The position numbers were made by a program, and so were the translations under genes. Of a stretch of DNA of 20,000 bases, positions 15,552 to 20,000 are shown piece by piece. The stretch is from an uncultured virus (IMG/VR IMGVR_UViG_3300021437_000016). Its lineage: Duplodnaviria > Heunggongvirae > Uroviricota > Caudoviricetes. The notes under the pieces are model-generated. The model was not told where the DNA came from. It ran no database searches and saw only the letters and a list, made by a program, of their open reading frames with translations. How positions within the stretch are numbered: the stretch's first letter is position 1; each line of letters opens with the position of its first letter. The stretch lies in the IMG/VR virus record IMGVR_UViG_3300021437_000016. One strand, 5' to 3'.

Positions 15552-18233
15552 TTACGCGACCTTGCTCCGAACGCCAATAGCCGTTGTGCGGGCCCTGGCG
15601 GAGGCCTTTACCAGACGTGGTGCGGCAGCGTCCAGCACCATGACACGGCTCTCAGCCGGGAGGCGCACGATCCGCGCAGCCGCTGCGCTGAGGTTGATCG
15701 TCCTGCTGACGCGCTGCAGTGTGATGACCCGCGGTCCGATCGCGGGAGCACCGACCTGTGCCGCGAGCGCGAAGGCCGCATCAGTCTCGGTCGCCAGCCC
15801 GACATCGCCGACGTCCGGAGCGGTCGGAGCAAGTGCGTTGTCGTTCTCGGCAGCCAGGCCAACCGACATGATCTGGATCGGGGTCAGCGCGAGCGCTTCG
15901 TCCGTCTCTGTGGACACCCCAGCAGGTGAGCCTGCCACGTAACTCAGAGCGAAGGCTGTGTCAGACTCGATAGCGATCCCGGTATCCGTGACCTGGACCG
16001 GGCTCAGTGCGAGTGCATTGTCGTTTTCTGCCGACAGACCAGGCGCACGGATCGCCACTGAGGAGAGCGTGAGCGCTGTGTCGGCCTCTGTTGCCGCACC
16101 AGCCGCGCGGAGCTGCACCCCAGCCAGGGCCAACGCAGTGTCAGTCTCAGTCGAGATGCCGACCGCCTTGATCAGCTTGGCACCGAGTGTGAGAGACTGG
16201 TCGGTCTCAGCTGCAAGCCCTGCCGACGTCCCTGTGGTGCCTGTGAGCGGGATCGCGATATCGGTCTCAACGCTGACCCCTGCAGGGCGCGCGGAGCCGA
16301 GCGAGATCGCAGTGTCGGTCTCGGTGGCAGTAGCTGCCGGCCGTGCCGCACCGAGTGATGCCGCTGTGTCGGTCTCGGTTGCAGTCCCCACACCTTGGCC
16401 TCGACCAAGCTGCAACGCAGTATCGGTCTCAGTTGCAAGTCCGGCCGCCTTGAGCTGTACCGGCGTCAGTGCGGATGCGGTGTCGGTCTCAGCCGCAAAG
16501 CCAACAGTCCGGGCCCGGCCGAGCGGGAGCGCGGTGTCGGCCTCGGTCGCAACCCCAGCAGGGCGGGACACGCCAAGGGCAAGCGCAGTCTCGGTCTCGG
16601 TCGCGAGGCCCGCCGGGCGCGCTACACCAAGAGCAAGCGCAGTATCGGTCTCGGCCGCAAGTCCGCCGGCCCTGATCTGCACCGCGCTCAGAGCGAGAGC
16701 TGTGTCAGCCTCAGTTGCGAGGCCGGCTGCACGGACTTGCACCGCGCTAAGCGCGAGAGCTGTATCGGACTCAGCTACAAGGCCGACAGCCCTGATCTGC
16801 ACCGACGACAGCGACAGTGCAGTGTCGGCTTCAGTGGAGAGCCCGGCTGCTCTGGTCTGCACCGCGCTGAGCGCGAGAGCTGTGTCGGACTCGACAGCGT
16901 TACCTGTGGGTCGTGCGGCACCAAGCTGCAGCGCTGCGTCGGTCTCGGTCGAGGTGCCGACGGCTTTAATCTGCACCACACTGAGCGCTGACGCCGTGTC
17001 GGACTCTGTGGCTACTCCGGTTGCGCGGGCCTGCACCGCACTAAGCGCGAGAGCTGTGTCGGACTCTGTGGAAAGGCCAACGGCTTTGATCTGAACCGCA
17101 CTGAGCGCCAGCGCCGTGCCGGTCTCCGTGGAGATTCCGGTCGCTCTGATCTGAACCGCACTGCGCGCGAACGCTGTGTCTGCTTCAGTTGCCAGACCTG
17201 CAGTCAGCGACGCTGAGAGTGCAAGCGCTGTGTCGGTCTCAATGGAGAGCCCGGCTGACCTAACCTGTACCGCGCTAAGCGTGAGAGCTGTGTCGGCCTC
17301 GGTCGCCAGCCCTACTGCTCTGACCTGTACCGCGCTGAGCGCGAGAGCTGTATCTGTCTCAGTCGTGAGGCCTGCCGGGCGCGCGGAGCCGAGAGGGAGC
17401 GCAGTGTCAGCCTCAGTGGCGATACCAGCGGGCCGGGCCCCGCCAAGCTGCAGCGCAGTGTCGGTCTCGGTGGCGGTGCCGGCAGGGCGTGCGGAGCCGA
17501 GAGGGAGCGCAGTGTCAGCCTCAATGGCGATACCAGCGGGCCGGGCCCCGCCAAGCTGCAGCGCAGTGTCGGTCTCGGTCGCCATGCCGACAGCTGCTGA
17601 CGATCCCGAGCTCGCGCCGTAGGCAGAGAAGCCGGTAGGGATGGAGTAGGTAAACGCGGTCGCGCCGAAGTTCGCCGTCCACTGCTGGTTGGTCTCGCGG
17701 AAGAAGGCATAGACATATCGCTCGGTACCGCCGAACGTCACCGACATGCCATTGAGGTTCGAGCTGGGGTTGCCTGAGTCCAGCCACGTACCGTTGAGGC
17801 CGATGTAGTATTTCTCAAGCGTCTCGTCGTAGGCCAGCATCACAATATCGCCGGCTACTGGCGACGGTGAGCTCCCTACAAATCCGCCGTCATCATATGT
17901 GCCACCGCCATCGCTGCGTGAATTGGTGCGTGACGTCGTGCTGAACGGGGTCGATGAGGTTGTGTCGAAGCCTTCGTCGCAGAAGCCGAACCCACCCCAC
18001 GGAGTGCCGTTGGAGTTGATGGTGAACTCCATGTACGACTTGGTCGTGGCCGGCTGCGCCGATGCACGGACGACCTGGTCTGTGGCGCTCGCACTGGTAG
18101 TCGCTGTCAGATCGCCATTGGTGAGGACGATCGACGCGCCCTTGTTCGTCGTGCTCCAGGTTACGGTCGAGGAGCCGGATGCTGCTGAGCCGGGCGGGGC
18201 AAACGCATCTGGTTGAAACACGCCCGGCTGCAT
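15552..18233 (-). CDS. Repeat-rich fibre protein with N-terminal SPRY/ConA-like domain, 893 aa
   Basis: TWSTTNKGASIVLTNGDLTAT...KSYMEF...GDIVMLAYD...YIGLNGTW...ANFGATAFTYSIPTGF is a SPRY-like phage domain; it is followed by 32 repeats and an Arg-rich C-terminus. Confidence 0.8.
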   Translation of the reverse strand: MQPGVFQPDAFAPPGSAASGSSTVTWSTTNKGASIVLTNGDLTATTSASATDQVVRASAQPATTKSYMEFTINSNGTPWGGFGFCDEGFDTTSSTPFSTTSRTNSRSDGGGTYDDGGFVGSSPSPVAGDIVMLAYDETLEKYYIGLNGTWLDSGNPSSNLNGMSVTFGGTERYVYAFFRETNQQWTANFGATAFTYSIPTGFSAYGASSGSSAAVGMATETDTALQLGGARPAGIAIEADTALPLGSARPAGTATETDTALQLGGARPAGIATEADTALPLGSARPAGLTTETDTALALSAVQVRAVGLATEADTALTLSAVQVRSAGLSIETDTALALSASLTAGLATEADTAFARSAVQIRATGISTETGTALALSAVQIKAVGLSTESDTALALSAVQARATGVATESDTASALSVVQIKAVGTSTETDAALQLGAARPTGNAVESDTALALSAVQTRAAGLSTEADTALSLSSVQIRAVGLVAESDTALALSAVQVRAAGLATEADTALALSAVQIRAGGLAAETDTALALGVARPAGLATETETALALGVSRPAGVATEADTALPLGRARTVGFAAETDTASALTPVQLKAAGLATETDTALQLGRGQGVGTATETDTAASLGAARPAATATETDTAISLGSARPAGVSVETDIAIPLTGTTGTSAGLAAETDQSLTLGAKLIKAVGISTETDTALALAGVQLRAAGAATEADTALTLSSVAIRAPGLSAENDNALALSPVQVTDTGIAIESDTAFALSYVAGSPAGVSTETDEALALTPIQIMSVGLAAENDNALAPTAPDVGDVGLATETDAAFALAAQVGAPAIGPRVITLQRVSRTINLSAAAARIVRLPAESRVMVLDAAAPRLVKASARARTTAIGVRSKVA
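15751..17592 (-). repeat. 32 tandem coding repeats of 18 or 20 aa (54/60 bp), consensus xGLATETDTALAL(SAVQIRA|GxARP)
   Basis: Counted from the translation; includes a near-exact 108-bp-period duplication (17377-17471 versus 17485-17579, 2 mismatches). Confidence 0.9.
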
Positions 18234-18240
18234 AGCGGAA

Positions 18241-18768
18241 CTACCTCTTAGTCAGTGTCGCGTGCATGTCCTGCACCGCTTCCTTGTACCATGCCATCGC
18301 GAACTGCTGAAATTCCTGATTGCGCGTATGCAGTCCGGGATGCAGCGAATAGCCCCATGTAGCCTCGAAATCGCAGTCAAGTCCATCCGGATTGTACTGC
18401 TTGTCGCAGTGAGGTGCGTTTGCGTCCCGCCACTCGCGCTTCAGGTAATAGAAGAACATCTCACTGACCGGAGGCCACTGGTGTGTCATATCACCATATG
18501 CGCGGTTGCTGTTCCAATGCGGCACAATGATCGCTGCCTTCGCACCTGGCTTCATGACCCGGTACAGATCGTTCATGAAGAACATGCGTTCGTTAGCAGT
18601 CAGGTGCTCCAGGAAGTGCGAGGCGTGAACCTCTTCGACAGACTCGTCTGCAAATGGCAGAGGGTCTCGTCCGACCGCACAGACAACGTCAACACCAGGA
18701 AACTTGGCGACGTCGATGCCAGTGAAACCTTCTTTTTTGTTCGGGCCGCAGCCGATGTCAATTCGCAT
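18241..18768 (-). CDS. Class I SAM-dependent methyltransferase (Methyltransf_11-like)
   Basis: IDIGCG motif I; LPFADESVEEVHASHFLEHL; YRVMKPGA; DMTH. Confidence 0.9.
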   Translation of the reverse strand: MRIDIGCGPNKKEGFTGIDVAKFPGVDVVCAVGRDPLPFADESVEEVHASHFLEHLTANERMFFMNDLYRVMKPGAKAAIIVPHWNSNRAYGDMTHQWPPVSEMFFYYLKREWRDANAPHCDKQYNPDGLDCDFEATWGYSLHPGLHTRNQEFQQFAMAWYKEAVQDMHATLTKR

Positions 18769-18771
18769 TAT

Positions 18772-19224
18772 CTACCTACCAAGATATTGAGTTATGGCGG
18801 CTTCGTGCGTTTCGAGCCAGCCTAGCTTCGTGTTGCAGCGGTGGCAAAGGATGCCGCGAACGCACCCAGTCCTGTGGCAGTGATCCACGTGGGTACTGCG
18901 AGAGCTAGAAAAGGGCTCTGCGCAGATCAAACACAAACCGTTCTGCGCTGCGACCATGTCAGCTTTGTCTTGCCTTGAGATCCCGTACTTCGCTCGCAGG
19001 TGGTAATCCGCGTTGCGCTCCACGTGCTTGTGCGCGTTCCGACGATGCGACTGCCGCGCCAGCTCGTTATGTCGCTCGCGGTTCTCTTCGCGCCACTTGC
19101 GCATATACTCGCGTCGAACCGCTTTGTGTTCGTCGGTTCGTGCGAGGGCGGACTTGCGCTCGCGGTATGCTTGCACATTTTTGGCTCGGTACCGGGCGCT
19201 CTTCTCGGCAGACGTCAGCATCAC
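18772..19224 (-). CDS. Endonuclease VII-family (His-Me finger) free-standing, probably homing, endonuclease
   Basis: KYGIS...QNGLCLIC...HVDHCHRTGCVRGILCHRCNTKLG; basic N-terminal helix; AAAGGAG RBS favours GTG 19224 or ATG 19221. Confidence 0.88.
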   Translation of the reverse strand: MMLTSAEKSARYRAKNVQAYRERKSALARTDEHKAVRREYMRKWREENRERHNELARQSHRRNAHKHVERNADYHLRAKYGISRQDKADMVAAQNGLCLICAEPFSSSRSTHVDHCHRTGCVRGILCHRCNTKLGWLETHEAAITQYLGR

Positions 19225-19238
19225 GCGCGGCGCTCCTT

Positions 19239-19303
19239 TCAGTTGGTAGGGCACTACCATACTCACCAACTGATGTCCGCACAAGCGTCGTAGTGCCCTA
19301 CCA
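19239..19303 (-). promoter_or_regulatory. Alternative RNA hairpins directly upstream of the endonuclease RBS
   Basis: Perfect 14-bp inverted repeat (19244-19257 with 19290-19303) and a mutually exclusive 9-bp one (19239-19247 with 19265-19273). Confidence 0.6.
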
Positions 19304-19985
19304 GCACATCGCAGTCTACCGCACAGCGATAGCCATGCTTGCGTGCATCAGCCCAGAAGTAGAGGTCTTGAGTGCCTACCCCTTCACCCCCAGCACCGTT
19401 CAAGGTCTTGAACCACGGCTGGCGCAGCTTCTCGTCCTTGAACGTAGACACGCGCCAGAGATTGAAGCCCATGCCGGTTCCGCAGCACTCGACCAGCTCG
19501 TTGGGAACTGGGGGCTGGGGACGGAAGTTCAGCACCGGATCAGAGGGGTCTCCCCAAATCTGAGGTACACCGCCCTCACCCTTCGTCCAATACAGCCCAC
19601 CAACACAGGTGTACTCGGGGTGGTCCTCCATGCGTTTGATGAGCTTCACCAGTCCGTCGGGCGGAGGGATGTTATCATGCTCCATGGTCAGGATGTATTC
19701 CCAGTCCTTGAGGTCTGGGTGCTCCAGCACGAACTTGATGGCCTCGCTGTAGGCATCACCAACCTCCATTCCAAGGCAGAGCATCTTGAACACCGCTTGG
19801 TTGGGCGGGAAGATCAGGTTCCACTGCGCCAACGCGACCTTGGCTGGGATCATATTGGCCGAGGGCACCATGACGATGATGCGCTGCTTCTTCCATGTCG
19901 CACCTTCGAGGATGCGCGAGGCTGATGCCTGAAGGTCAAGGTTGTGCCGTCCGAGTCCGGGCACAACGATTTCGGGTTTGGTCAT
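19263..19985 (-). CDS. GT-A fold (GT2-like) glycosyltransferase, 240 aa
   Basis: YILTMEHDNIPPPD (DxD-equivalent), VGGLY, GTGMGFNL, PWF, TQDLYF (ED-equivalent) and VGHYD; AGGA RBS. Confidence 0.8.
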   Translation of the reverse strand: MTKPEIVVPGLGRHNLDLQASASRILEGATWKKQRIIVMVPSANMIPAKVALAQWNLIFPPNQAVFKMLCLGMEVGDAYSEAIKFVLEHPDLKDWEYILTMEHDNIPPPDGLVKLIKRMEDHPEYTCVGGLYWTKGEGGVPQIWGDPSDPVLNFRPQPPVPNELVECCGTGMGFNLWRVSTFKDEKLRQPWFKTLNGAGGEGVGTQDLYFWADARKHGYRCAVDCDVLVGHYDACADISW

Positions 19986-20000
19986 GGACCGTCCTGTTGC

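Larger units (their letters stand above)
1..20000. mobile_element. Tailed dsDNA bacteriophage or prophage segment (replication/early arm on +, virion arm on -)
   Basis: Dense, overlapping, co-oriented genes: primase-helicase, SSB-like, Ead-like small genes, EndoVII, fibre and adaptor genes. No host housekeeping genes. No integrase or att site seen, so free phage versus prophage cannot be decided. Confidence 0.95.

Noticed and set aside
15751..17592. Regularly spaced DNA repeats resembling a CRISPR array
   Set aside because: Units are degenerate at third codon positions, in frame, 54/60 bp, and lie inside an 893-aa ORF; there are no unique spacers or cas genes.
14892..17622. Long + strand ORFs (14892-15929, 15958-17094, 17176-17622)
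   Set aside because: Antisense to the fibre and nozzle genes; open only because of repeat and codon bias.
18241..19224. Restriction-modification pair (MTase plus nuclease)
   Set aside because: The MTase lacks DNA-MTase catalytic motifs (DPPY/NPPY or PCQ) and looks like a small-molecule or sugar MTase.
18772..19284. Group I intron or intein hosting the endonuclease
   Set aside because: GT ends at a natural-looking GHYD...W C-terminus, the MTase starts intact at motif I, and there is no room for a ribozyme core.
18975..19925. 316-aa + strand ORF
   Set aside because: Antisense to the GT and endonuclease genes, which have clear motifs.

Overview
The whole window is tailed-phage (Caudoviricetes) DNA, GC-rich, with two convergent arms meeting at 7181-7187. 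The + arm (1-7187) carries a replication module: a conserved Gam-like small protein, an SSB-like protein with a duplicated C-terminal motif, and an AEP/RepB-type primase fused to a DUF927/Cch-like helicase. It continues into an Ead/Ea22-type small-gene array and ends in a separately promoted four-gene cassette (6335-7187). That cassette has acr-aca architecture: an inverted repeat between -35 and -10, three tiny orphan genes including a very acidic 59-aa ORF missed by the ORF track, and an Aca1-like HTH gene. The - arm (19985-7181) carries a GT-A glycosyltransferase, an EndoVII-family free-standing endonuclease preceded by an RNA hairpin, a SAM methyltransferase, an 893-aa SPRY/lectin fibre protein with 32 repeats, a fibre adaptor and several tail or ejection-type virion proteins. 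Best leads: the candidate anti-CRISPR/anti-defence operon, a possible virion glycosylation/methylation module beside an S/T-rich fibre, and a 23-bp gene-junction repeat delimiting a one-gene cassette. All family assignments come from reading motifs by eye; no database searches were run.
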